64,000 nt of DNA, from positions 608,001-672,000 of the forward strand of contig OY970368.1 of NCBI GenBank assembly GCA_963718615.1, read 5' to 3'. Under the pieces are notes generated by a model. That model ran no database searches, was not told the origin of the DNA, and worked only from the letters and a program-made list of their open reading frames with translations. Made by a program: the position numbers and the translations under genes. The DNA comes from an uncultured cyanobacterium (GTDB lineage Bacteria; Cyanobacteriota; Cyanobacteriia; PCC-9006; JAAUQQ01). This document shows positions 44,116 through 53,622 of this stretch, in pieces (within the stretch, counting starts at the first letter, position 1; each line of letters opens with the position of its first letter).

Positions 44116-44415
44116 TTAGGCCTCTACCGTGAACGTGTAGCCGCTAAAGGTGACGCGATCGCCTACCTCTAGTTTCCGCCCCCGCCGGGTTTCGATTTCT
44201 CCATTCACCTGGACTTGGCCAGTTTGAATGGCCCCCTTGGCTTCTCCGCCGCTACCGACGAGGTTTTTGAGCTTGAGGAACTGATCCAGTTTGATTTTGG
44301 GGCGATCGCCCACCGCTGGCTCAAGGGTCCCTTGGACCCCTGGCAAGGTAGAGGGAATTTCGTCTAGTGGTTCGTCTAGTGGTTTGTCGAAAGGTTCGTC
44401 GAGATGCTCGTTCAT
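44116..44415 (-). CDS. S4-domain RNA-binding protein (YaaA/YbcJ-like)
   Basis: IKLDQFLK...GSGGEAK...VNGEIETRRGRKL. Confidence 0.9.
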   Translation of the reverse strand: MNEHLDEPFDKPLDEPLDEIPSTLPGVQGTLEPAVGDRPKIKLDQFLKLKNLVGSGGEAKGAIQTGQVQVNGEIETRRGRKLEVGDRVTFSGYTFTVEA

Positions 44416-44487
44416 GGGAGTCCTGGACTGATACCCGTGAAGGAAGAAACTTGGGGTCAGTCCTTACGATCCTAAGGGCAAATCAGG

Positions 44488-44862
44488 TCACCCATTCAAA
44501 ACATCTTTTTTGTGCTGGGGAGCCGCCGCGATCGCCGCCACTTCAGCCAAGAGTGCCTCCGAAACCCCCATTGCTTTGAGCGTGATCATCAAATTTTCCG
44601 CAACCGCATCAAAATGCTCGCTGTTTAAGCCTTGCTGTTCGACCAATTCTTTATGAGCTTCACGCATATAGCGACCGTCGTATTTATCTGTCCCCCCAAA
44701 GGCATAGGTCAGAAACGCTTTTTGGTGCGCCCGCTGCTTGACCATATCGGTATTTGCAAAAAAGTGATTGATACGCTCGTCTTGCAAGACCCGCTCATAA
44801 AACTGATCAACGGCTAAATCAACGGCTGCCGCACCACCCAATCGATCAAATAAAGTCGCCAT
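44488..44862 (-). CDS. glbN: Group I truncated hemoglobin (cyanoglobin)
   Basis: TLFDRLGGAAAVDLAVDQFYERVLQDERINHFF...HQKAFLTYAFGG...MREAH. Confidence 0.93.
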   Translation of the reverse strand: MATLFDRLGGAAAVDLAVDQFYERVLQDERINHFFANTDMVKQRAHQKAFLTYAFGGTDKYDGRYMREAHKELVEQQGLNSEHFDAVAENLMITLKAMGVSEALLAEVAAIAAAPQHKKDVLNG

Positions 44863-45008
44863 AGTTTTCTTAAATGCTATTCAAACGCTTCGGAATCGGT
44901 TTACACTCGGGGGCCGGTTTGACCAGCCCCCGCAGAGCCGATGTCTATTAGATTTAGAACACTTCCCGCGATAATGCTTTGACTTAAGTCAAGTCTGGTC
45001 AATCATCC

Positions 45009-46892
45009 TTGTCTGACAGGGATCCTTCAAATCCAAACCCTGAAGCCCAGTTCCCTGAAGCCCAGTTCCCTGAAGCCCAATCGACTCCTGACGCAATACA
45101 CCAGGCGTCTGGAACAATGGAGCTGAGGATTGACCAACATTCTATGAAAAAACACCGGGTGTCCCCCACTGACCGCTCCAGCTATTGGCAACTGCTTCCC
45201 TTCCTGCGCCCCCAAACCGGGACGATTGTCAGGGCGCTGCTGTGTACGCTGGTGTTTATTGCCTTTTGGCCATTGCTGGCGCGATTGGCGGGAACGGCGG
45301 CAGAGTATTTGAGCAAGGGACAGGTGCGGGCAATGGCGCGACTGTCGGCACTGCTGGCCGTTGCCTTTTTGGTCCATAAAACCGCCCAATATGGTCAAGA
45401 TTCGCTAATGGCACGGGCTGCCCTCAAGATTGCGCTGGATCTGCGGCGGGCAGTCTATGTTCATCTGCAAAAGCTAGATCTGGGCTATTTTGAATCGGCT
45501 AAAACCGGTGACCTCACCTATCGGCTGACAGAAGATGTCGATCGCGTGGGGGAGGTGATCAAAAAGATCTTCCATGACTTTGTCCCCTGTGTCTTACAGC
45601 TCATTGTTGTGTTGATCTATATGGTCTATCTTAACTGGCAACTGACGCTGGCGACGTTTATCATTGCGCCACTGATGGCCGTGTTGGTGGGATGGTTTGG
45701 GGAGTTGCTCCTGAAGTTTTCGCGCCGCAGCCAAAACCGTATTTCAGATTTATCTTCGCTGCTGACCGAGGTGTTTTCGGGCATTCGGCTCATCCGGGCT
45801 TTTGCGGCGGAGGAATATGAGATCGATCGCTTTGCCCGCATTGCCGAACAAAACCGCCAAGCCAACTATTCCGCCGCCTGGTTGCAAGCTATCCAGCATC
45901 CGATCATTGGTTTTCTCTATGCCATGAGTTTGTTGCTGTTGCTACTGCTGGGAACCTGGCAGATTTCGGAGCGTAATCTCACCGGGAGTCAGTTTGTCAG
46001 CTATATTGCGGCGGTGATTATGCTGGTGGATCCGATCGCCCACCTCACCGAAAACTACAACACGTTCAAACAGGCCGAAGCCTCCGTGGATCGGGTGTTT
46101 GAAATTATGAATGTACAACCGGCGGTACTAGAGCGCCCCGAGGCCAAGCGACTGCCCACCGTCAGCGGCAAGGTTGAATTTAAGCAGGTAAGTTTTGCCT
46201 ATCAGCCGGAGCAGCCAGTCTTGCGGGAGATTGGGCTGTTGGCATTTCCGGGGGAGGCGATCGCCCTCGTCGGTGCCTCCGGCGCGGGCAAAACCACGCT
46301 GGTCAACCTCATTCCCCGCTTCTACGACCCCCAAGGGGGCCAAATTCTCATTGATGGCGTGGATATTCGCGATGTCACGCTGCGCAGCCTCCGCCGCCAG
46401 ATCGGCATTGTCCCCCAGGAGACGATTTTGTTCTCGGGGACCGTGGCGCAAAATATTGCCTTTGGTCAGCGGGAAATTGACCTAGAGGCCGTCCAGGAAG
46501 CGGCCAAGGTGGCCAATGCCCATCAGTTTATTCAGCAACTGTCTGACGGGTATCACACTTGGGTGGGCGAGCGGGGGGTGAATTTATCGGGGGGACAACG
46601 GCAGCGCATTGCGATCGCCCGCGCCGTCCTGCTCAACCCTCGGATTTTGATTTTAGATGAAGCCACATCAGCCTTGGATTCGGAGTCGGAAGCTTTAGTG
46701 CAAGAAGCCCTGGAACGACTGATGAAAAACCGCACGGTGTTTATTATTGCCCATCGGTTGGCAACGGTACGTCGAGCCGATCGCATTCTCGTGGTCGAAA
46801 AAGGGCAACTGGTCGAATCTGGAACCCACGAGGAATTGCTGGAGCAAGGCGGGCGTTATGCGGGGTACTATGCACAGCAGTTCAGTGCTTAG
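45009..46892 (+). CDS. ABC transporter, fused permease/ATPase (MsbA-like exporter)
   Basis: TM domain, GASGAGKT, LSGGQRQR, LILDEATSALD; start uncertain. Confidence 0.92.
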   Translation: MSDRDPSNPNPEAQFPEAQFPEAQSTPDAIHQASGTMELRIDQHSMKKHRVSPTDRSSYWQLLPFLRPQTGTIVRALLCTLVFIAFWPLLARLAGTAAEYLSKGQVRAMARLSALLAVAFLVHKTAQYGQDSLMARAALKIALDLRRAVYVHLQKLDLGYFESAKTGDLTYRLTEDVDRVGEVIKKIFHDFVPCVLQLIVVLIYMVYLNWQLTLATFIIAPLMAVLVGWFGELLLKFSRRSQNRISDLSSLLTEVFSGIRLIRAFAAEEYEIDRFARIAEQNRQANYSAAWLQAIQHPIIGFLYAMSLLLLLLLGTWQISERNLTGSQFVSYIAAVIMLVDPIAHLTENYNTFKQAEASVDRVFEIMNVQPAVLERPEAKRLPTVSGKVEFKQVSFAYQPEQPVLREIGLLAFPGEAIALVGASGAGKTTLVNLIPRFYDPQGGQILIDGVDIRDVTLRSLRRQIGIVPQETILFSGTVAQNIAFGQREIDLEAVQEAAKVANAHQFIQQLSDGYHTWVGERGVNLSGGQRQRIAIARAVLLNPRILILDEATSALDSESEALVQEALERLMKNRTVFIIAHRLATVRRADRILVVEKGQLVESGTHEELLEQGGRYAGYYAQQFSA

Positions 46893-47024
46893 TTTTCTCT
46901 CTTTTCTTAAGGTAAGATTTCAAACACTCTCAAGTGTTCCCCTGTCTCTCCATGGCGCAACGCAACCTGTACTGATCAGCCAGGGTATCGCTGTTTTATT
47001 CCCTTAGCTCTCAAGTTAAAAACT

Positions 47025-48131
47025 GTGGCACTCAAGAAATCCGAACTCTATAGCTCGCTTTGGGCAAGCTGCGACGAACTCCGGGGCGGCATGGATGCCA
47101 GCCAGTACAAGGATTATGTGCTGGTTCGGAATTTGATTCAGCGGGGCTATCTCAAGGGGATTATTGGGTTGCCTGCGAACTTGTTTTATGGGACAGGGAT
47201 TCCGGCTTGCATTGTGGTGATTGATAAAGCGAATGCTGGGCAGCGGGATGGCATTTTCATGATTGATGCCAGTGCGGGGTTCATGAAGGATGGCAATAAA
47301 AATCGGTTGGGGGATCGGGATATTCACAAGATTGTGGATGTGTTTACGAATCAGTTAGAAATTGCTGGATACTCGCGGATGGTGCCGCTGGAAGAGATTG
47401 AGCGCTATGACGTGTATCAGCATCTGATGGATTACTGGGCTGAGGTGATGCAGGATGATTGCTATTTGATTGCGGCGGAGGGTTGGCAGGCGCAGACGTA
47501 TCGGATGATTGAGGTGAACAAAAAGGGGAAGGAGGTGGATAAGGGTTGGGCCTGTGATTTGGTGCCGAAGGCGCTGATTGTGGCGCGGTATTTTGCGGCG
47601 GAGCAGGGGGAAATTGCGACGCAGCAGGCGGAACTGGAGGGGGCGAACGCTCAGATGGCGGAGCTAGAAGAGGAGCAGGTTGGGGAAGAGGGGGCTTTTG
47701 CGGAGCTGGAGAAGGTGAATGGGGCGGCGGTCAAGGCGCGGTTGAAGGAGGCGAAGGCTTCTATGGGGAGCGATCCAGGGTTGAAGGCGGAGGTGCAGGT
47801 TTTGCAGGAATGGGTGAAGTTGTCTGATCGACAGACGAAGCTGAAGAAGGCGGTGAAGGAGGCGGAGGATGAGCTGGATCGGTTGGCCTATGGGAAGTAT
47901 CCTGAGCTGACGGTGGAGGAGATTCAGCGGTTGGTGGTGGAGGATAAGTGGTTGGCGCGGATTGGGGCGGAGATTGCGGGGGAGATGGAGCGGGTGAGTC
48001 AGGGGCTGGCGGCGCGGGTGAAGGTTTTGGCGGGGCGGTATGGGGTGGCGTTGCCGGAGCTGACGCAGCGGGTGGTGGCGCTGGAGGCCAGGGTGGCGGG
48101 GCATTTGGCGAAGATGGGGTTCGGAATGTGA
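47025..48131 (+). pseudogene. hsdM: Type I RM modification subunit HsdM, internally deleted (open frame, no methyltransferase motifs)
   Basis: Family N-terminus MALKKSELYSSLWASCDELRGGMDASQYKDYVL joined directly to GIIGLPANLFYGTGIPAC; no DPxCGSG or NPPF; C-terminal coiled region present. Confidence 0.85.
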
Positions 48132-48406
48132 ATCGTTATAAGCTAAACTTATGTGTAAAGTCAGGGTTGTGTCTGCAAAAGTGGATTTAGTGTACATAAG
48201 ACAATCTTATGTATGAATATTGCTAATTCTCGTTCATATGGCGGCGCGATCTGAAGCAGCTGTTTAGGCCAAGGTGGCTGATGCATAAGTTTTCCTGCTG
48301 TCTGCTCAAGGTGTGGGCGCTCACTCTCTCGGTAGCGTTTCGCTTTTAAGGTTTACACTAGGGTTCATTCTTATTAACGAAAAGAGCGGCTTATTGATAA
48401 TATAGA

Positions 48407-49591
48407 TTGGCGAACTATTCAGTATTAACGGAACCGATAATAGTGGTGAAGACTTCTAGATCTGGTCAATACGTGCGGCAGATCGAGGGTTATGGGGCGT
48501 TTATCCCGAATGATCTGCCACCGATTCCTGAGATTGCGATCGATCAGGAGATGTGGAATCTGCTATCACAGGCAGATCGGGCTTTGGGGCGTTTAGATGG
48601 TTCGACGGATGCACTACCCAATCCGGATTTGTTCGTGTTTATGTATGTCCGAAAGGAAGCTGTGCTGTCTAGTCAGATTGAGGGCACACAGGCGTCATTG
48701 ATTGATGTTTTGGAATTTGAATCTCAGGCATTGGAACCAGATAACCCTCAGGATGTTGAGGAGGTTGTTAATTATATTACGGCGATTAATCATGGGTTAG
48801 AACGGCTTCAGACAATGCCTGTCTCTTTACGGTTGATTCGCGAGATTCACCAAGCGTTGATGAAGGGTGTGAGGGGTGCTGAGCGCAGTCCAGGGGAGTT
48901 TCGACGCTCCCAGAATTGGATTGGGCCAGGGGGTTGTACGTTGGCTAGTGCGACATATGTGCCGCCGCCGCCCCATGAGATGCTGCGGGCTTTGGATAAC
49001 TTGGAGCGGTTTTTGCATAGTCCGCAGCCAATGCCGACGCTGATCAAAGTGGGATTGGCCCATGCCCAGTTTGAAACGATTCACCCTTTCTTGGATGGGA
49101 ATGGCAGGACGGGGCGGCTGTTGATTACGTTCTTACTGTGTGAACAAAATATTTTGCAACGACCCCTGCTGTATATCTCATATTATTTCAAACTGTACCG
49201 GGCTAAATATTATGATCGACTACAGGCCGTTCGCGATCGCGGGGACTGGGAAGGATGGTTGAAGTTCTTTCTGCGTGGCGTTTATGAGGTGGCCCAGGAG
49301 GCAGCGCTGACCGCGCGACAAATCGTCAATTTGAAAGAGGAGCATCGTCAATTGGTGCTGAGTCGAATGGGACGGAAAGCGGGGAATTCGATCGCGGTGC
49401 TTGAGAGTCTTTATTTCAAGCCGATTTTTACAGTTGAACATGTTGCGAATATTACGAATCTCTCGTATCCAAATGCGAATGCCTTGATTAAGCAGTTGAT
49501 TGATATTGGTTTGTTTCAGGAGATTACCGGGCAGAAGCGCAATCGGGCATTTTCCTATGCGCCTTATTTAGCGGTTTTTCAGGATAATTAG
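48407..49591 (+). CDS. Fic family protein (class II, N-terminal inhibitory motif)
   Basis: HPFLDGNGRTGR catalytic motif, SSQIEG motif, C-terminal winged helix EITGQKRNR. Confidence 0.93.
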   Translation: MANYSVLTEPIIVVKTSRSGQYVRQIEGYGAFIPNDLPPIPEIAIDQEMWNLLSQADRALGRLDGSTDALPNPDLFVFMYVRKEAVLSSQIEGTQASLIDVLEFESQALEPDNPQDVEEVVNYITAINHGLERLQTMPVSLRLIREIHQALMKGVRGAERSPGEFRRSQNWIGPGGCTLASATYVPPPPHEMLRALDNLERFLHSPQPMPTLIKVGLAHAQFETIHPFLDGNGRTGRLLITFLLCEQNILQRPLLYISYYFKLYRAKYYDRLQAVRDRGDWEGWLKFFLRGVYEVAQEAALTARQIVNLKEEHRQLVLSRMGRKAGNSIAVLESLYFKPIFTVEHVANITNLSYPNANALIKQLIDIGLFQEITGQKRNRAFSYAPYLAVFQDN

Positions 49592-49699
49592 AGGAGGAGT
49601 TGGTATGAGGAATTTTAATCTGCGGCATTATGCCGATCGATATCGACTATTTTTTGCTACCAGTGCGGCGGCGTTTTCGTGGATTTTGGAGGGTGAGGG

Positions 49700-50547
49700 G
49701 TGAGTAGTCAGAAGGTGCCGAAGGGGTATAAGCAGACTGAGGTTGGGGTGATTCCTGAGGATTGGGAGGTTACTAAAGTAAGTGGAATCGCATCACCTGT
49801 AAAAAATGCTATCGTTGGTGGCCCATTTGGCTCAGATCTCGTTTCTAGCGACTACGTTGAAGAGGGGATTCCCGTCATTCGTGGGCAAAATATGGGTGAG
49901 CGATATATCTCGGGAAATTTTGTATTTGTAACTCAAGAGAAAGCTAAATCATTAGAATCTAACCTCGCTCAATCAGAGGATTTATTGTTTACACAACGAG
50001 GAACCCTTGGTCAGGTGAGCCTTGTTCCTGCTAATTCATTTCCGCGCTACTTGATATCGCAAAGTCAAATGAAGCTCACGGTCAGCAGAAGGATAGCTGA
50101 TCCGCTCTTTTTTTATTATGTTTTCAGTTCTTCTGCGCAGCAAAAATATGTTCAACTAAATACTATTCAGACAGGAGTTCCACACGTTAATCTCGGGATT
50201 CTTCGAAGCACTCCTGTACAATTGCCTCAGATCGCCGAGCAAGAAGCCATCGCCCAAGCCCTCAGCGACACCGATGCCCTGCTCGAATCCCTAGAGCAAC
50301 TCCTCGCCAAAAAGCGCCAGATTAAGCAAGGGGCGATGCAGGAGCTGCTGACTCCTCAGGCAAGCTGGAAAGATGAAAAATTAAAAGAAGTTGCACCTTT
50401 ACAAAGAGGATTTGATCTCCCTAACAGTCAATTGAAGCAGGGTCTATATCCTGTTGTATATTCTAATGGAATTCAAAATCATCATAGTCAATTTATGGTT
50501 AAGGCACCTGGTGTTGTTACGGGACGTTCTGGAACACTAGGCGTTAT
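49700..50547 (+). pseudogene. hsdS: Type I RM specificity subunit HsdS, truncated by IS1 in the second TRD
   Basis: PKGYKQTEVGVIPEDW, TRD1, central EQEAIAQALSD...KQGAMQELL, start of TRD2 up to GRSGTLG, then the IS end. Confidence 0.88.
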
Positions 50548-51452
50548 GGTAGTGCTTTTATGTAAAGGATAAAGAAAAACAGAGTGAAGCAGTTGTAGTC
50601 AATAGGAGCTGAAGATAAAGGGAAAGAAGGGAAAACTGTTGTAGAAACGAGGAGCGGTTGTAGGAGAAAGGAAAAGATGACCATAGAACGTACTTGCCCG
50701 ACCTGTGGCTCCCACGACATTTCCAAGAACGGCACAACCCGCCGAGGCAAACAAAACTACAAATGCCGAGACTGCAACCGACAGTTTGTCGAAGACCCCC
50801 AGTGGAAGCCGAAAGACAAAGACACCCAGAGTTTGATAGACCTGCTGCTGCTAGAGAAAATTCCCCTGGCAGGGATTGCTAGAGCAACGGGCGTTTCGAG
50901 TAGCTGGCTGCAAGATTACGTCAATGAACACTATAAGGCGGTGCCCCAAAAGGCAGAGGTACTGCCCAAAGCGAAAGGAAGGCTGAGGGTGCAAATGGAT
51001 GAGCTATGGTCCTTTGTGGACCATAAGGGCAACAAGCAATGGGTCTGGATAGCTTTGGATGCGAACACCCGAGAGGTGATTGGCTGCCACATCGGCGACC
51101 GCTCCCGAGCATCAGCCGTGGCGTTATGGCAATCCTTACCGTCGGTGTATCGGCAATGCGCCACGGTCTATACGGATTTTTGGGAAGCCTACGAGAGTGT
51201 GATTCCAGCGCAGCGTCATCGTGCCGTCAGCAAAGACAGTGGGTTGACGAGCTACATCGAAAGGTTCAACAACACCCTGAGGCAGAGGGTTTCGCGCCTA
51301 GTGAGAAAAACCTTGTCTTTCTCCAAGAAGCTGGACAACCATATCGGTGCAATTTGGAATTTCATTCATGAGTACAACCGTCTAATCAGAGAAAAGATGC
51401 TGAACAACCAGCCCAGTGCTATTTTCTCCATCCTTTACTAAAGGGGACTACC
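50548..51452 (+). mobile_element. IS1-family insertion sequence (905 bp)
   Basis: Imperfect terminal IRs GGTAGTGCTTTTATGTAAAGGAT and (reverse complement) GGTAGTCCCCTTTAGTAAAGGAT; no target duplication. Confidence 0.9.
50677..51441 (+). CDS. IS1-family transposase (single fused InsA-InsB ORF)
   Basis: CPTCGS...KNG...QNYKCRDC zinc finger, MDELWSFV, YTDFW, IERFNNTLRQR. Confidence 0.93.
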   Translation: MTIERTCPTCGSHDISKNGTTRRGKQNYKCRDCNRQFVEDPQWKPKDKDTQSLIDLLLLEKIPLAGIARATGVSSSWLQDYVNEHYKAVPQKAEVLPKAKGRLRVQMDELWSFVDHKGNKQWVWIALDANTREVIGCHIGDRSRASAVALWQSLPSVYRQCATVYTDFWEAYESVIPAQRHRAVSKDSGLTSYIERFNNTLRQRVSRLVRKTLSFSKKLDNHIGAIWNFIHEYNRLIREKMLNNQPSAIFSILY

Positions 51453-52059
51453 CCGTAATGCAGATATCCAAAGATACTTGGGGAATCATCCTCAAGACAT
51501 CGGGCAACGGTTGAGGCAACTCACAGCCTCAGGCTGGTTGAACAAAGATGGTCATGGCAGAGGTACGAGATACCGCCTGTGCAAGGTGAACTCCTCTCCT
51601 GCCAAGGCTTTCTCTCCTGGATCAACTTCTAGCTCCGAGCATTTGCCCTCAAGCTCCGAGCATTTGCCCTCAAGCTCCGAGCATTTGCCCTCAAGCTCCG
51701 AGCATTTGCCCTCAAGCTCCGAGCATTTGCCCTCAAGCTCCGAGCATTTGCCCTCTCATGATGCAGTCATGCTTTCTTCAGAGATAAGTCATCCAGAAGC
51801 TGAGACCGTTGCTCGGCTTCTGGAAATAGCTGCCCCCATTCGTAATACGCGCAAAATCAATAAAACAATCATGGAGAATGCAATATTGGCACTATGCGAG
51901 GATAAGTGGCTAACATTACGCACCCTTACAGAGCTACTGAATCGTCATTCAGACACCTTAAGAACGCACTATATCAATTCCATGCTGAAGGATGGTCGTC
52001 TAGAAGCTCGTGTTCCTGGTAGCCCCAATCACCCGGCGCAGGCTTATCGCAAAAAATAG
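51453..52059 (+). pseudogene. 3' remnant of an ATP-binding/AlbA-type regulator with winged-helix domains, 5' part lost at the IS1
   Basis: Frame is open from the IS end: RNADIQRYLGNHPQDIGQRL...GHGRGTRYRL, and C-terminal HTH ...PNHPAQAY. Confidence 0.6.
51631..51756 (+). repeat. Tandem repeat, 6 x 21 bp AGCTCCGAGCATTTGCCCTCA (SSEHLPS)
   Basis: Five identical units and a sixth differing at its last base; no spacers. Confidence 0.97.
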
Positions 52060-52271
52060 GAAAATCGCCACCATCCTCTCCGACATGGACAGCGAAATCG
52101 CCAGCCCCGAAACCAAACTCGCCAAGCCCCACTCAAACAAGGCATGATGCACCTCGTTTTGCCGTTAAGTCGCTGTGTCCATTTAAATTCGCCAGACAGT
52201 GCCTGGCGAATTCCCAAAATTCCCCCATAATAAGACTCACGGCCAAAAGCTCCCCCTCCCCCCGCCCCGCC

Positions 52272-53606
52272 ATGAGCAACATCGGACACTCCGAACGCGT
52301 CACCCAAAACCGTGTGATCACCCTCTTCAAAGATCAACTCGGCTACGACTACCTCGGCAACTGGCAAGATCGCCCCAAAACCACAGGCCAGCCCAACAGC
52401 AACATCGAAGCAATCGACCTCACCCGCCACCTCACCGCCCAAGGCTACAGCCCCGCCCAAATCAGCCAAGCCCTCTACCAACTCCGCACCGAAGCCGACA
52501 AACCCACCCGCAGCCTCTACGACAACAACAAAGCCGTATACAGCCTCCTCTACTACGGCATCCAAATCAAAACCAGCGCCAGCGAACCCACCGAAACCCT
52601 CCAACTAATCAACTGGCAAAACCCCGAACAAAACCACTTCGCGATCGCCGAAGAAGTCACCCTCCAAGGCCAAAAAGAAAAACGCCCCGACCTCGTTTTG
52701 TATCTAAACGGCATCGCGATCGCCCTCATCGAACTCAAAAACAGCCGCGAAGACATCGGCAAAGGCATCCGCCAAAGCCTCACCAACCAACAACCCGAAT
52801 TCATCGGCGCATTCTTCAGCACCATCCAACTGATCTTCGCCGGAAACGATTCCGAAGGACTGCGCTACGGCACCATCGGCACCCCCGAAAAATACTTCCT
52901 CACCTGGAAAGAAGACGAAACCGAAAACAGCACCTACAAACTCGACAAATACCTGCTCAAACTCTGCGAACCACACCGCCTCCTCGACCTCATCCAAAAC
53001 TTCATCCTCTTCGACGCTGGCGTCAAAAAACTCTCCCGCTGCCACCAATACTTCGGAGTCAAAGCCGCCCAGAAACATATCCGCAACCACGAAGGCGGCA
53101 TCATCTGGCACACCACCCAAAGCGGCAAACTCCACCGCACCATGAAAGCCCTCATGCCCAAAGCCACCTTCATCGGTTTCACCGGCACCCCCCTACTCAA
53201 AAAAGACGCCCAAACCAGCCTCGAAGTCTTCGGCAAATACATCCACACCTACAAATTCAGCGAAGCCGTCGAAGACAACATCGTCCTCGACCTGATCTAC
53301 GAAGCCCGTGACATCGACCAAACCCTCGGCTCCGAAACCAAAATCGACGCCTGGTTCGACGCCAAAACCCAAGGACTCAACGACTGGCAAAAAGCCACCC
53401 TACGGGAAAAATGGGGCACCCTGCAAACCGTCCTCAGCCTCGACGGTGAGGACAAAGACTTCGGCTACATCGTCGATTACAAAGACCTGTTCAAAAAAGT
53501 CGAAAACGCGATCGCCGTCTACACCGCTCATTATCTTCATGGATCAATTTATGCCTGCTTGGCGGTTTTACCGAGAAACTCTCGATCAACTGCCTATATG
53601 ACATGA
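52272..53606 (+). pseudogene. hsdR: Type I RM restriction subunit HsdR, internally deleted and truncated
   Basis: RPDLVLYLNGIAIALIELK nuclease motif and GFTGTP retained; QGSGKS, DECH and helicase motifs V-VI absent. Confidence 0.88.
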
Positions 53607-53622
53607 AACATGGCTACATTAA
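53526..53622 (+). pseudogene. C-terminal remnant of a YgjP/M48-like metallopeptidase gene
   Basis: Alternate frame reads IIFMDQFMPAWRFYRETLDQLPI*HETWLH*, resembling the end of the M48-like genes that usually follow hsdR. Confidence 0.55.

Noticed and set aside
47664-48197. 177-aa antisense ORF over hsdM
   Set aside because: His/Pro/Leu/Arg-rich shadow of the G/T-skewed coding strand
51631-51756. Possible CRISPR array
   Set aside because: Units are head-to-tail with no spacers, lie in frame within a coding remnant, and no cas genes are nearby
52044-53390. Long alternative-frame and antisense ORFs over hsdR (e.g. 52199..53311 +, 52044..52604 -)
   Set aside because: Low-complexity by-products of the extreme C/A skew, which removes stop codons; no family motifs
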